A stretch of DNA of 64,000 nucleotides from a virus (taxonomy: Duplodnaviria > Heunggongvirae > Uroviricota > Caudoviricetes), in the IMG/VR virus record IMGVR_UViG_3300044535_000502; one strand, 5' to 3'. Below the pieces are notes generated by a model. The model was given only the letters and a program-made list of their open reading frames with translations, made no database searches and was not told the origin of the DNA. The position numbers were made by a program, and so were the translations under genes. This document shows positions 46,236-54,650 of this stretch, one piece after another; within the stretch, counting starts at the first letter, position 1; each line of letters opens with the position of its first letter.

Positions 46236-46684
46236 AGACAATCATATGTGGTGGGCGTGGTTTTGAAGACTGGAAGTATTTCAGTGGATACATGAGTACA
46301 ATACCACCATGGGTTGAAATCACTGAGGTAGTATCCGGTCATGCAGCCGGTGCTGATACACTTGGTGAGCGTTGGGCCACAATGCATGGCAAGCAACTGA
46401 AATTATTTCCGGCTGATTGGGACACACATGGGCGCAAAGCAGGACCCATGAGGAATGTGGAAATGTCTAAGTATGCCGAACAGTGCATAGCATTTTGGAA
46501 TGGCACATCAACCGGCACGAAACATATGATAGATACATCAATCAAAGCCGGATTGTGGACATACGTGATTCGGACTGATATACCATGGTGCAAAGAATTC
46601 AAAACAATCGTGCATCTAAGTAAGACAATAAAAGAACCAATTTTGAACAACGTGGAAATATACAATGAAAACAGTAACGTGTGA
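46232..46684 (+). CDS. SLOG-superfamily (DUF2493/YspA-like) protein
   Basis: ICGGRGF...VVSGHAAGADTLGERWA...GPMRN...AFWNGTSTGT resembles the phage DUF2493 / SLOG Rossmann-like fold. Confidence 0.45.
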   Translation: MKTIICGGRGFEDWKYFSGYMSTIPPWVEITEVVSGHAAGADTLGERWATMHGKQLKLFPADWDTHGRKAGPMRNVEMSKYAEQCIAFWNGTSTGTKHMIDTSIKAGLWTYVIRTDIPWCKEFKTIVHLSKTIKEPILNNVEIYNENSNV

Positions 46685-46964
46685 CGTTTGCGGCGATGGT
46701 CAGGCTGAGATAAAACTGACCGACAACCTATTTTATTATGAGTGTGATACATGCCACTCAGATTATAGTGACCTTACATTATCACAGTGCAATATCCTAA
46801 CACGGTATGAGTATCCAGAGTTTGACGATTGGTTCAATGAACTGCAAGGATTCAGCATGAGGTCAGAGTGGCTCCTGAGCCATTTCAGTGATGACCCACG
46901 CACCAAGCAGATTGTTATTGATTATTTGAAAGCAGCATTTGTCTGCGGAAGGGCACGTAAATAA
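46665..46964 (+). CDS. zinc-ribbon protein
   Basis: CDVCGDG...CDTCHS forms a CxxC...CxxC arrangement. Confidence 0.35.
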   Translation: MKTVTCDVCGDGQAEIKLTDNLFYYECDTCHSDYSDLTLSQCNILTRYEYPEFDDWFNELQGFSMRSEWLLSHFSDDPRTKQIVIDYLKAAFVCGRARK

Positions 46965-47554
46965 TGTTTATGTTTGATGTGGAGACGCTAGGTAAGCGAT
47001 CCAATTCTGTTATTCTATCAATGGCTTGTACCTGGTTTGATCCTGAGTCCAAGCCAAGGCCCGAGACACTCCGAGCAAATACGTTCTTTGCCAAATTCAG
47101 TGTATCGGATCAAATCCAACGCCTGAAACGTGAGAGCGACAAAAGCACCATTGAATGGTGGTCTAAACAATGTGACAATGTACGGATCAAGTCCTTCAAG
47201 CCATCCACCGCTGATGTACCATTTGAACAGGGCTATGAAAGGATGTGCAAGTGGGCCCGGTCCTTTGATGAACCGGACAGTTGGGTATGGGCCCGTGGTA
47301 ATCTGGATCAATTAGTCCTGGATGATATCGTAGAGCAATGCGAGTTGGAGCATATCTTTCCACACTACAGGTGGCGAGATGTCCGTACAGCGGTAGATTT
47401 TCTGTATGGTACCAAGAATGGCTATGTGAAAGTGGACTATCCAAAGTGGGACTCCTTTCTTGAAATTACAAAGCACAACCCAGTGGACGATTGTATCCTG
47501 GATGTGATGCAAATCTTATATGGCGTAACAGGTGAAGAAGATGTTAGACGATGA
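46964..47554 (+). CDS. dexA: DnaQ-like DEDD 3'-5' exonuclease (T4 DexA-like)
   Basis: MFMFDVETLG is the Exo I D-x-E motif (T4 DexA: MFDFIIDFETMG). The C-terminal HNPVDDCILD is the Exo III H..D motif. Confidence 0.55.
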   Translation: MFMFDVETLGKRSNSVILSMACTWFDPESKPRPETLRANTFFAKFSVSDQIQRLKRESDKSTIEWWSKQCDNVRIKSFKPSTADVPFEQGYERMCKWARSFDEPDSWVWARGNLDQLVLDDIVEQCELEHIFPHYRWRDVRTAVDFLYGTKNGYVKVDYPKWDSFLEITKHNPVDDCILDVMQILYGVTGEEDVRR

Positions 47555-47921
47555 TGTAGTAGCAGCATGGGTATTACAGGCGTTGGTTTGGAATGAGAAG
47601 CGTAAGCCAATCTATTGGGTGATAACAGGAAATCACCAAGAATATGTGGAATACATCCGCCATATTACAGACATTCATCCAGAAAGGTTGGAGCAATATG
47701 ATTATCGGTATGTCCGGCATGTTGATATAATCAGAGGTCAAAGAAACATGCGAGGCTCATTCATCGGCACCTGGTATAATAGAGAAGACGCAAGAATAAT
47801 CTATGGAATCATAAGTGCAAGCCACATCGGGTACGCCGAAAACACATACAATCCAGGACTATTCACCGCAAGAAAGGTCCTAGACCGATATGGTAAACCA
47901 GTAGGAGCAGTAGGTGCCTAG
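47532..47921 (+). CDS. hypothetical protein, paralog A of a tandem pair
   Basis: Shares YW(V/I)I(T/A)G...EYV..I...HPE..EQY.YRYV....GSFIGTWYNREDA..IY.II.S with 47914..48225. Confidence 0.4.
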   Translation: MKKMLDDDVVAAWVLQALVWNEKRKPIYWVITGNHQEYVEYIRHITDIHPERLEQYDYRYVRHVDIIRGQRNMRGSFIGTWYNREDARIIYGIISASHIGYAENTYNPGLFTARKVLDRYGKPVGAVGA

Positions 47922-48225
47922 AATTAATAAAACACAATATTGGATCATAGCCGGGTGTTGGCGGCAATATGGAGATTATGTCCGTGATATCGCAAAAAAT
48001 CATCCGGAAAAATGGGAGCAATATCAATATCGGTACGTAACTGATCCATGTATGCTCCATGGCCTAAAAGAAATCCATGGCTCATTCATCGGCACCTGGT
48101 ATAATAGAGAAGACGCATCCGAAATCTATAGAATCATCCGATCCAGTTATTCATTTGAATCTAATGCAACAGTCTTTTCAATGAACAAAGTAAAGCAAAT
48201 TATTCTGGAGCACCACAACAAATGA
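47914..48225 (+). CDS. hypothetical protein, paralog B of a tandem pair
   Basis: See 47532..47921. GSFIGTWYNREDA is identical in both. Confidence 0.4.
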   Translation: MPRINKTQYWIIAGCWRQYGDYVRDIAKNHPEKWEQYQYRYVTDPCMLHGLKEIHGSFIGTWYNREDASEIYRIIRSSYSFESNATVFSMNKVKQIILEHHNK

Positions 48226-48422
48226 ATAAAATTATCCTCAGCAGACAAGAACTAATAGACATTCAGAAGTTTATAGATACATTTCCGAATGCACCAAGAG
48301 TAACAATAGAATGTGATGATTCATCCGGTATAGGAACAATCCTCACAGCAAGCGTAGACGTACCAATAAGCAACTATGACACGACAGTAACAGTATCAAT
48401 CACAGACGAATCCGACTGGTAA
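48222..48422 (+). CDS. hypothetical protein
   Basis: 66 aa. ATGA overlap. Confidence 0.3.
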   Translation: MNKIILSRQELIDIQKFIDTFPNAPRVTIECDDSSGIGTILTASVDVPISNYDTTVTVSITDESDW

Positions 48423-48437
48423 ACAAAAGGAAAACCA

Positions 48438-48626
48438 ATGACAAATCAAGAAATCAATCAAAAGATCCAAGAGCTAATTCAATACTATATCAATGGTAAA
48501 CAAGCAGAGTTTGAAGCATCCACCTATAGCAGTATCACATTCAAGACAAACAAGTACCAAGAGATGGTCAATGAGTATAAAGAACTAATGGAAATGGCTC
48601 AAAAGATAGCTCAATCATTGAAATAA
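48438..48626 (+). CDS. hypothetical protein
   Basis: 62 aa. An AAAGGAAAA ribosome-binding site is present. Confidence 0.35.
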   Translation: MTNQEINQKIQELIQYYINGKQAEFEASTYSSITFKTNKYQEMVNEYKELMEMAQKIAQSLK

Positions 48627-48720
48627 TAGCAATATCCTTTCAATAATGGTGTAATCCTAGCAATATCCTTGCTGAAACCACTGTATAAAAGCACAGTGCT
48701 ACTCCACTACTGACGTTTCC

Positions 48721-48728
48721 TATAAATA
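48721..48728 (+). promoter_or_regulatory. T4-type late promoter TATAAATA
   Basis: Exact match 8 nt upstream of the 48736 ATG. It is preceded by a 13-bp direct repeat (tagcaatatcctt x2) and a hairpin (cactgt..acagtg). Confidence 0.45.
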
Positions 48729-48735
48729 TTGCATT

Positions 48736-49053
48736 ATGAAAACATGCCCGGTATGTGGCGCCCAACATAAAAAGAGAGGGCGTTTTTGTGGTCAATCATG
48801 CGGCAATAGTCGCCCACAGTCCGATGAATTGAAGGCGCAGAAGTCCGCGAAACTATTGGCCTATCACGCGAGTCCTGAAGGAGCCGCCACCAGGTCCATC
48901 GCATCGGATTTTGCCAATCGCCTGAATAAGAATAGAGCCCTTGAGCGGTCCGGTGAATACGTCCTTGAGGATCCGGATTGGATGCTGGACATTCCGCTGA
49001 CCACAGATAACATGCATACATATCACGATGAGGACGATACCTCATGGTTATAA
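48736..49053 (+). CDS. zinc-ribbon protein
   Basis: N-terminal CPVCG....CGQSCG. 105 aa. Confidence 0.35.
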   Translation: MKTCPVCGAQHKKRGRFCGQSCGNSRPQSDELKAQKSAKLLAYHASPEGAATRSIASDFANRLNKNRALERSGEYVLEDPDWMLDIPLTTDNMHTYHDEDDTSWL

Positions 49054-49067
49054 GAATAAAGGAAATG

Positions 49068-49226
49068 CATGAATACAATAAAGCACGAATGCGAAAATTG
49101 TGACAACGCCTTCAAGATAGTATATGATGGAGACGAGTGCAACGCCGATCCAATTCATTGTCCTTTCTGTGCCGAGTATCTAATTGATACGCCGTCCGAG
49201 GAGTCCGATGACAGCATGGACGATTG
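49068..49226 (+). CDS. small zinc-ribbon ORF (52 aa)
   Basis: CENC...CPFC. An AAAGGAAA ribosome-binding site is present. Confidence 0.3.
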
Positions 49227-49615
49227 ATAACGGTAAGCCAGTTACGGATGAAATGCTTGATGGGCACTGGGGTTTCATCTATGTTATAATGAACAAGGTG
49301 ACCGGTCGCCGCTATGTTGGTAAGAAGTTCTTCACCAAAGCTGGCTATAGAACAGTAAAGGGTAAGAGGAAGAAGATCCGCCTTGCTAGTGATTGGCAAG
49401 ATTACTATGGATCCAATAAGACTTTGCTAGAGGATGTGGCTACACTTGGGGTAGATAACTTTGAGCGGTACATCATCCGCCTGTGTAAGACCCGCTCCGA
49501 GTGTACCTATTATGAAACCCACTTTATATTTCAGTATGAGGCACTACTAAGCGACAGATGGTACAATGAGTGGTGTTCATGTAAAGTGATGAAGCGGAAC
49601 TTGATCCAACGGTAG
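49208..49615 (+). CDS. GIY-YIG homing endonuclease-like protein
   Basis: GFIYVIMNKVTGRRYVGKK carries the GIY-(10)-YVG spacing, with conserved R/E/N residues downstream. Confidence 0.55.
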   Translation: MTAWTIDNGKPVTDEMLDGHWGFIYVIMNKVTGRRYVGKKFFTKAGYRTVKGKRKKIRLASDWQDYYGSNKTLLEDVATLGVDNFERYIIRLCKTRSECTYYETHFIFQYEALLSDRWYNEWCSCKVMKRNLIQR

Positions 49616-49659
49616 CCCACTCCCACCGTCCACCCTGCCTTTTGCTTCGATCTGATACA

Positions 49660-49705
49660 ATTATACCACAGGTGGATCTGGTGTCAAGTCAGTGGAAAGT
49701 ATGCA
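49660..49705 (-). promoter_or_regulatory. early promoter cassette copy 1 (TTGACA-16-TATAAT on the minus strand; orphan/antisense)
   Basis: The plus strand reads attata...tgtcaagtcagtggaaagtatgc. No minus-strand gene lies downstream; it points into the GIY-YIG gene. Confidence 0.5.
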
Positions 49706-49832
49706 TAAATGCCTGGATTGGTACTACCATACTATCCACGCAATAACCATCAATAGAATCGGATATCCGAAATCCGGGCTCTTGGAACCCGCATGCCTAT
49801 TGACTTGGAGAAGACCGTTTTAAAATCAATGA

Positions 49833-50270
49833 TTATGAGGCCACTTGAACCTCAACGATAACGAAAGGAACAGGCTTCACATGAACCAGGGCTAACTCAT
49901 CCAGAAGTTTACTCAGTTCCTCGCGATTCTTAGCAATACAATTCGTTACACGATTAACCTGCCTTTTCATGGCACCGGCTCGACCTCTTTGATCATGCAT
50001 GATAGCAGTTAGGAGCTCATTTTTATACCACGCCAATCTATGAGTGTTATATTCAATTTGTCTATCTGTAAAATCAATATCATAATCTAAAGTTAGAGCA
50101 TACATTCGCAAAAGGTTATCGAGAGCCTTTTCTGCGTTTCTATGTAAAATGAATGTGTGATCAATACCATAATGTTGTTGGGCGCAGTGCGCGGCTCGGG
50201 ATATCCGATTTCCACACATCACGGTATCAATGCTATCTCCGGTGTATACAACAGCGTATTTGATTTTCAT
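49833..50270 (-). CDS. hypothetical protein
   Basis: The start was chosen at MKIKYAVVYTGDS. 145 aa. Confidence 0.35.
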   Translation of the reverse strand: MKIKYAVVYTGDSIDTVMCGNRISRAAHCAQQHYGIDHTFILHRNAEKALDNLLRMYALTLDYDIDFTDRQIEYNTHRLAWYKNELLTAIMHDQRGRAGAMKRQVNRVTNCIAKNREELSKLLDELALVHVKPVPFVIVEVQVAS

Positions 50271-50272
50271 AA

Positions 50273-50488
50273 TTACAGAATATAGGTTTTGGCTGATTTG
50301 CTCAACTCGGCATAAACACATTCACGGACTTCCGTATCCAGCGCCTCAGCATAACGTGAGTCATAGGACAATGCAGTCAACATAGCATCAACTGTAGTCC
50401 AGGACAATTTAGCAGCTTTAGCCGCTAAGGTGATGTTACGGACAGCAGCATCTCCGGCTGGAGTAAACATGGCGTAGGTCTTTTTCAT
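50273..50488 (-). CDS. hypothetical protein
   Basis: The start was chosen at MKKTYAMF, just downstream of cassette copy 2. 71 aa. Confidence 0.4.
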   Translation of the reverse strand: MKKTYAMFTPAGDAAVRNITLAAKAAKLSWTTVDAMLTALSYDSRYAEALDTEVRECVYAELSKSAKTYIL

Positions 50489-50504
50489 AATCAATTCTCG
50501 CTTT

Positions 50505-50550
50505 CTTCCATACAATTATACCAGGATTCCGGTAATTGTCAAGTCAGTGG
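50505..50550 (-). promoter_or_regulatory. early promoter cassette copy 2
   Basis: The plus strand reads attataccaggattccggtaattgtcaagtcagtggaaag, which is the reverse complement of TTGACAATTACCGGAATCCTGGTATAAT. Confidence 0.65.
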
Positions 50551-50561
50551 AAAGTTCTCTT

Positions 50562-50948
50562 TTACCACAAGGCGTGGTTATCGCGCCATTCCCGTATGTG
50601 AGCACCGCGGTCCCTCATTGAATCGAAGGTTTCAGCCGGTTCCTTATCCAGACGGTCTACAATATATTTGAATTCAGCATAGGATAATTTGAACCATTCG
50701 CCTCTGATTAGTCTCTTGGAGTAATTCTTATGTAAATACAATTCAACGTCATATGGTTCTGGAATTTGAGGTGAGATATATTCTATGCCCAACTGCAACC
50801 AGTTTCCGGTATTCAAAGTTGACAGGCGTTTGGCTACACCTTTATTGCTTTTGGAAACACCAATTTTGAATGGCCATGTTCCAGTTCCACTAGTCCAACC
50901 TTTGTGGGGTTTGATGGGTCCAATTAAGTATACATGTCCAATGGCCAT
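50562..50948 (-). CDS. T5orf172 (MUG113-like) domain protein
   Basis: GHVYLIGPIKP...FKIGVSKSNKGVAKRLSTLNTGN...GEWF matches the T5orf172 / GIY-YIG-like DNA-binding domain pattern. Confidence 0.5.
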   Translation of the reverse strand: MAIGHVYLIGPIKPHKGWTSGTGTWPFKIGVSKSNKGVAKRLSTLNTGNWLQLGIEYISPQIPEPYDVELYLHKNYSKRLIRGEWFKLSYAEFKYIVDRLDKEPAETFDSMRDRGAHIREWRDNHALW

Positions 50949-50950
50949 AT

Positions 50951-51114
50951 TACTCTCCGATTACAATGGTATCACCCCAAACATGGATGTCCGAGGCGAA
51001 AACTGGGCTTTGATACTCTTGGTTCATGGCCATCTCAACGCTGGCATCCTGGTCTGGCAATGCTTGCAAAATACGGATCAATTCTGCTACAGTCAATTGG
51101 GTTTGCATGGTCAT
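50951..51114 (-). CDS. small leader ORF (54 aa), first gene after cassette copy 3
   Basis: MTMQTQLTVAELIRILQALPDQDASVEM.... Its stop lies 2 nt from the next start. Confidence 0.35.
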
Positions 51115-51135
51115 CTTTCGTCTTAGTATGGTTCT

Positions 51136-51182
51136 ATTATAACAGGATTCCAGTAATTGTCAAGTCAGAAGAAAGTATTACA
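51136..51182 (-). promoter_or_regulatory. early promoter cassette copy 3
   Basis: The plus strand reads attataacaggattccagtaattgtcaagtcagaagaaagta. Confidence 0.6.
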
Positions 51183-51314
51183 TAATGGCTAGGTGGAGAA
51201 TCACCGCCAATGTATTCAGTGCCAAAGCCACGGCATGGAGTATAATGGAGGGTTTGTTCTCAGATACGGACAAAAAGTATGCACTGGTCACAACAAATAG
51301 TAGGTTAATATAAA

Positions 51315-51542
51315 TCATTCTTCAACTCCGAAATGTTCTTTAATGATTTCATCGGCAAATAAATCGTGTATGCCTTTACCAGTGGAACACCGTTTGGTAA
51401 GTTCCATACATTTTTTCACAATCAACTCGGCGAACTTTTCACTATATTGATACACCCACATCCCACTTCGGTCTGAACTTCCGGTATTTTTATCAGCATA
51501 CCTACCAGCCTCAAACATTAGTTCTTCAATTCGTTCGTTCAT
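51315..51542 (-). CDS. member of the MNERIKEL/EKFAELIV/HFGVEE small-protein family (copy A)
   Basis: MNERIEELMFEA...EKFAELIVKKCMEL...KEHFGVEE. The start was set at the internal ATG that overlaps the upstream stop (ATGA). Confidence 0.5.
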   Translation of the reverse strand: MNERIEELMFEAGRYADKNTGSSDRSGMWVYQYSEKFAELIVKKCMELTKRCSTGKGIHDLFADEIIKEHFGVEE

Positions 51543-51787
51543 ACAATCTCCATAATATGCCAAACAAATGACCCCTCGAGACAGGTCCCAATGTAGAACA
51601 TATTCTCGTCCAGTTCCCATCCAGTCCCTACAACCTCAAAGGTTCGAGGTTCTATTTGAGCATCAGTGTCTACCAGTGCCCACATACAGAAATCTTTTCC
51701 CTGCATATTGCAATGGAGTATACGGGCACCAACCGGCATTTCTGTGTCGGAGCGACCGGTTACTGTGTATTTGTAAATTGTTTTCAT
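51539..51787 (-). CDS. hypothetical protein
   Basis: 82 aa. ATGA overlaps at both ends. Confidence 0.4.
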   Translation of the reverse strand: MKTIYKYTVTGRSDTEMPVGARILHCNMQGKDFCMWALVDTDAQIEPRTFEVVGTGWELDENMFYIGTCLEGSFVWHIMEIV

Positions 51788-52017
51788 TCTTGGACTCCAT
51801 AGCGTGTACGAATGTCGTGAGCGTAACCACCGAGTTCGGGCATGATGTATGAATCTTCGTCCAACATCTTAGCACAATCTTCGGCGATCAATTGGGCGAA
51901 CTTTTCTCCCCAGCCACTGACTAATTCAACAGCTTTTTCTCTAGACACTGGCGTAACTGGATCACCGTAGTGACTCTGAAAAGCCTCAATCATAAGTTCT
52001 TTAATTCGTTCGTTCAT
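51784..52017 (-). CDS. member of the MNERIKEL family (copy B)
   Basis: MNERIKELMIEA...EKFAQLIAEDCAKM...RYGVQE. Confidence 0.5.
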   Translation of the reverse strand: MNERIKELMIEAFQSHYGDPVTPVSREKAVELVSGWGEKFAQLIAEDCAKMLDEDSYIMPELGGYAHDIRTRYGVQE

Positions 52018-52163
52018 AATATAATCTTGATAATGTAATCGTGCTTGATGTTGGCTTCCAGAAACATTCTCCGTGCTTCTGCTTTATTAGCAGCATCAAC
52101 CTCAAAGTGTTCTAGCCCAGGTCTTTGGTAGGACTTATAGACCACAAAGTAATGCTTGGTCAT
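52014..52163 (-). CDS. hypothetical protein (49 aa; the track gives a longer alternative, 52014..52232)
   Basis: A start at MTKHYFVVYK avoids overlap with the 52165..52329 ORF. Confidence 0.3.
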   Translation of the reverse strand: MTKHYFVVYKSYQRPGLEHFEVDAANKAEARRMFLEANIKHDYIIKIIL

Positions 52164-52164
52164 G

Positions 52165-52329
52165 TCACTCCGACCAGCTGGAGATATACTCCTCAATGTT
52201 TTCAATCTCCGTACGGAGTGCATCTGGAGCAACCTTCTCCAATAGCTTTAGGATATCCACCAGAGCATCCTCAGGGACCATATCATACTGGTCCACCATA
52301 TCCATGTATTGTTGGGCTAGGGTTTTCAT
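52165..52329 (-). CDS. small ORF (54 aa)
   Basis: MKTLAQQYMDMVDQYDMVPEDALVDILKLLEK.... ATGA overlap with the upstream gene's stop. Confidence 0.3.
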   Translation of the reverse strand: MKTLAQQYMDMVDQYDMVPEDALVDILKLLEKVAPDALRTEIENIEEYISSWSE

Positions 52330-52532
52330 CCGATTACATCAATTACTTCGTTCTTATCCACCAGAAGAAAACTGGTAGGCTCTGAGCGCCAAGGCAACTG
52401 GACAGGTTCGTCCAGCTCTACTGAGTATTGGACACTGCCACCATACTTCACGCGACTGGAGACAACTCGACCAGTGACGGCTGTGCCAAGGTAGCAAGCC
52501 GAGATTTTTTGTCCATCTAATATCCACGACAT
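52326..52532 (-). CDS. hypothetical protein
   Basis: 68 aa. An AAGGAAA ribosome-binding site is present. Confidence 0.4.
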   Translation of the reverse strand: MSWILDGQKISACYLGTAVTGRVVSSRVKYGGSVQYSVELDEPVQLPWRSEPTSFLLVDKNEVIDVIG

Positions 52533-52545
52533 GGTATTTCCTTAT

Positions 52546-52723
52546 TCAAGCCAGAAGTTTAGCGGCGCGTTCGCAGGCAGTGTCCAATGCAGCCTGAGCA
52601 TGGCACCATTCTTCATAGGCGCGGAGAACATGACTCCGATCTTCTTGGTCGCTGTTTTTTGCTTCGTGAAATGCCACCAGCTTTTCGGCGTATTGGAGGG
52701 CGAGTTCTTGGACAGTATATTTC
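52546..52723 (-). CDS. small leader ORF (59 aa), first gene after cassette copy 4
   Basis: MKYTVQELALQYAEKLVAFHEAKNSDQEDRSH.... Confidence 0.4.
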
Positions 52724-52752
52724 ATTGGTATCTTTCGTCTTGGTATGGTTCT

Positions 52753-52800
52753 ATTATACCAGGATTCTGGTAATTGTCAAGTACATCAAAAGTACTCACT
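52753..52800 (-). promoter_or_regulatory. early promoter cassette copy 4
   Basis: The plus strand reads attataccaggattctggtaattgtcaagtacatcaaaagtactcac. Confidence 0.65.
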
Positions 52801-53128
52801 TGGACATATACTCAATCCACTCCAATAGAATGGCCTTTGCATCCACGTACGGTACACCAAACTCCCGTTCAATATAGGGTGTAGCTCCCCACATGTTGGT
52901 GGCACCAGAATCCCTCAGTTGGATTAGGTAGTCGTGGTGCTCTTGTGTGAGGACTTTACCTAGTAGGGTTTTTTCCCTGGGCTCTACTCGTTCCGGAAGA
53001 CCATCCATGCATTCGTCACACCAGTTGGCGCCACTACCCACATAGACACTACCGTCTTCGGTATGGATTTCTGTTACGGTTTGTTCATGGCCGCAATCGG
53101 TGCAGCGGTACAATGCTTTAACGTTCAT
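52796..53128 (-). CDS. zinc-ribbon protein
   Basis: CTDCGHE...CDEC. 110 aa. Confidence 0.4.
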   Translation of the reverse strand: MNVKALYRCTDCGHEQTVTEIHTEDGSVYVGSGANWCDECMDGLPERVEPREKTLLGKVLTQEHHDYLIQLRDSGATNMWGATPYIEREFGVPYVDAKAILLEWIEYMSK

Positions 53129-53337
53129 TCTTCAACTCCGAAATGTTTTGTAATCTTATTGAAGACCTCAAAGTTACCAGTTGCTTGTCCATCAGTAAGT
53201 GCAATCTCGGCACATTCTGCCACAATCAACTGGGCGAACTTTTCTTTATCAAAATCTTCAATCATTACCTGAGTTGTGGCATTCCAGTATTTGCTTCTAG
53301 TAGCCTGTTCAGCAAGTTCTTTTATTCGTTCACTCAC
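53125..53337 (-). CDS. member of the MNERIKEL family (copy C; apparent GTG start)
   Basis: (V/M)SERIKELAEQA...EKFAQLIVAECAEI...KHFGVEE. Confidence 0.45.
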   Translation of the reverse strand: MSERIKELAEQATRSKYWNATTQVMIEDFDKEKFAQLIVAECAEIALTDGQATGNFEVFNKITKHFGVEE

Positions 53338-53477
53338 ATACTTCCCTTCAAATCAATCATTGCGACTAGAGCCATAATCGCTATGAATTCAATGGGCTTT
53401 TCAATCACATTGATACCCAAAAGACCCAGCACTAGGCCAAGGACGGCATACAAAATCAAACTAATCATTAACATCAT
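53334..53477 (-). CDS. small hydrophobic membrane peptide (47 aa)
   Basis: MMLMISLILYAVLGLVLGLLGINVIEKPIEF.... Confidence 0.3.
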   Translation of the reverse strand: MMLMISLILYAVLGLVLGLLGINVIEKPIEFIAIMALVAMIDLKGSM

Positions 53478-53486
53478 TTTCTCCTA

Positions 53487-53723
53487 TTAAGTCTTATAGT
53501 GGTTAGCATAGCGGTTGAACAGACTGGCCAGGTACTCACCTTTTGTGAACCAAAATGCTAAGTCATAGCATTCATCCACCATTTTCAATGCTTTCTTTGG
53601 CAACCAAAAGGTAGCTTTTTCATTATCTGCTACTACAAATTTGATAGCTGCTGGTGACTCTTGGAGCACCTTTACTGTCAGTGCAGCACGGACATTGCGG
53701 CCTGACCAAATTGTTGTGTACAT
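53487..53723 (-). CDS. hypothetical protein, first gene after cassette copy 5
   Basis: 78 aa. Confidence 0.4.
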   Translation of the reverse strand: MYTTIWSGRNVRAALTVKVLQESPAAIKFVVADNEKATFWLPKKALKMVDECYDLAFWFTKGEYLASLFNRYANHYKT

Positions 53724-53752
53724 GTTCTTTCCTTCTCTGGTGTATGGCTCTA

Positions 53753-53798
53753 TTATACCAGGTTTCTGGTAATTGTCAAGTCAGACTAAAGTACTAAT
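53753..53798 (-). promoter_or_regulatory. early promoter cassette copy 5
   Basis: The plus strand reads attataccaggtttctggtaattgtcaagtcagactaaagtac. Confidence 0.65.
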
Positions 53799-54007
53799 TT
53801 CACTAGGTGGTAGATTCCAGGTATGACGGCTAACATCACCCATAAAGATAGGATCAGGAAAATCAAAATGGCCTGTATCAAGGCTAGTATAAAGTCAAAC
53901 ATGGTTCTGGGGTGGGGTGGTGTAGAGGGGTTCGATTTCTTTGTCTTCCTCGGGAGTCGGTGAATATCCATAAAGTTTCCAATCACCAATTCGTTTAGCC
54001 ATACCAT
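53786..54007 (-). CDS. small membrane protein
   Basis: 73 aa. A C-terminal hydrophobic helix LILSLWVMLAVIPGIY. Confidence 0.35.
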   Translation of the reverse strand: MVWLNELVIGNFMDIHRLPRKTKKSNPSTPPHPRTMFDFILALIQAILIFLILSLWVMLAVIPGIYHLVKLVL

Positions 54008-54025
54008 CCGTGCCGTAGTGGAATC

Positions 54026-54406
54026 TCACACGCCACGCCACGCCACAGGCTCCTGCACAGGTGCTGCGGTTTTGAGTCGGTCTATTGCAAGATACGGGTT
54101 GTCACCCCACTTGCAGCCGAGGGCATCATGCAAATCTAAGCAGACCTGAGCCATCGCATAGGCTTGCGCTACGTTAATCGGCTCTTGCTGTGCTGGCTGT
54201 GCTGCGGGTTCCATCACGCATTCAACGCACGAACAATAGCCCGTTCCACAGTTGGGTGGGCGTTTCTGCACAGGTGCTTCAAGGGCTTGCTTGATGGCGG
54301 TGATGGCTTTACTCGCCATTGATGTGCCGTGACCTTGCGATGGTAGATAGTCCATGTTCCACTCCAACGCCTCCAGCGCCAGCTTCAATGCTTCTTTGTC
54401 ATTCAT
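54026..54406 (-). CDS. hypothetical protein
   Basis: 126 aa. A GAAGGAAACC ribosome-binding site is present. Confidence 0.4.
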   Translation of the reverse strand: MNDKEALKLALEALEWNMDYLPSQGHGTSMASKAITAIKQALEAPVQKRPPNCGTGYCSCVECVMEPAAQPAQQEPINVAQAYAMAQVCLDLHDALGCKWGDNPYLAIDRLKTAAPVQEPVAWRGV

Positions 54407-54418
54407 GGTAGGTTTCCT

Positions 54419-54574
54419 TCAATCAATAAAAACGGGTGTATCAGCCAACACGATAGCCACATCATAGGACTTACGTGCCTTGAACACGGCTGCGGCTTTC
54501 AACTGCGCCTCATATGAGGTGGATGCAGTTACGGTGATAACGCGGTTTTTGTAGAATGCTTGGTAAGTTCTCAT
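54419..54574 (-). CDS. small leader ORF (51 aa), first gene after cassette copy 6
   Basis: MRTYQAFYKNRVITVTASTSYEAQLKAAAVFK.... Confidence 0.4.
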   Translation of the reverse strand: MRTYQAFYKNRVITVTASTSYEAQLKAAAVFKARKSYDVAIVLADTPVFID

Positions 54575-54602
54575 TGGTGTCTTTCTATCTGGTATGGTTC
54601 TA

Positions 54603-54650
54603 TTATACCAGGTTTCTGGTAATTGTCAAGTACAGTAAAAGTACTCAATT
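54603..54650 (-). promoter_or_regulatory. early promoter cassette copy 6
   Basis: The plus strand reads attataccaggtttctggtaattgtcaagtacagtaaaagtactcaa. Confidence 0.65.

Noticed and set aside
52014-52232. 72-aa version of the minus-strand ORF that starts at 52232.
   Set aside because: It overlaps the 52165..52329 small ORF in a different frame. The shorter 52014..52163 version fits the 1-nt-spaced stop/start pattern seen elsewhere. Neither is certain.
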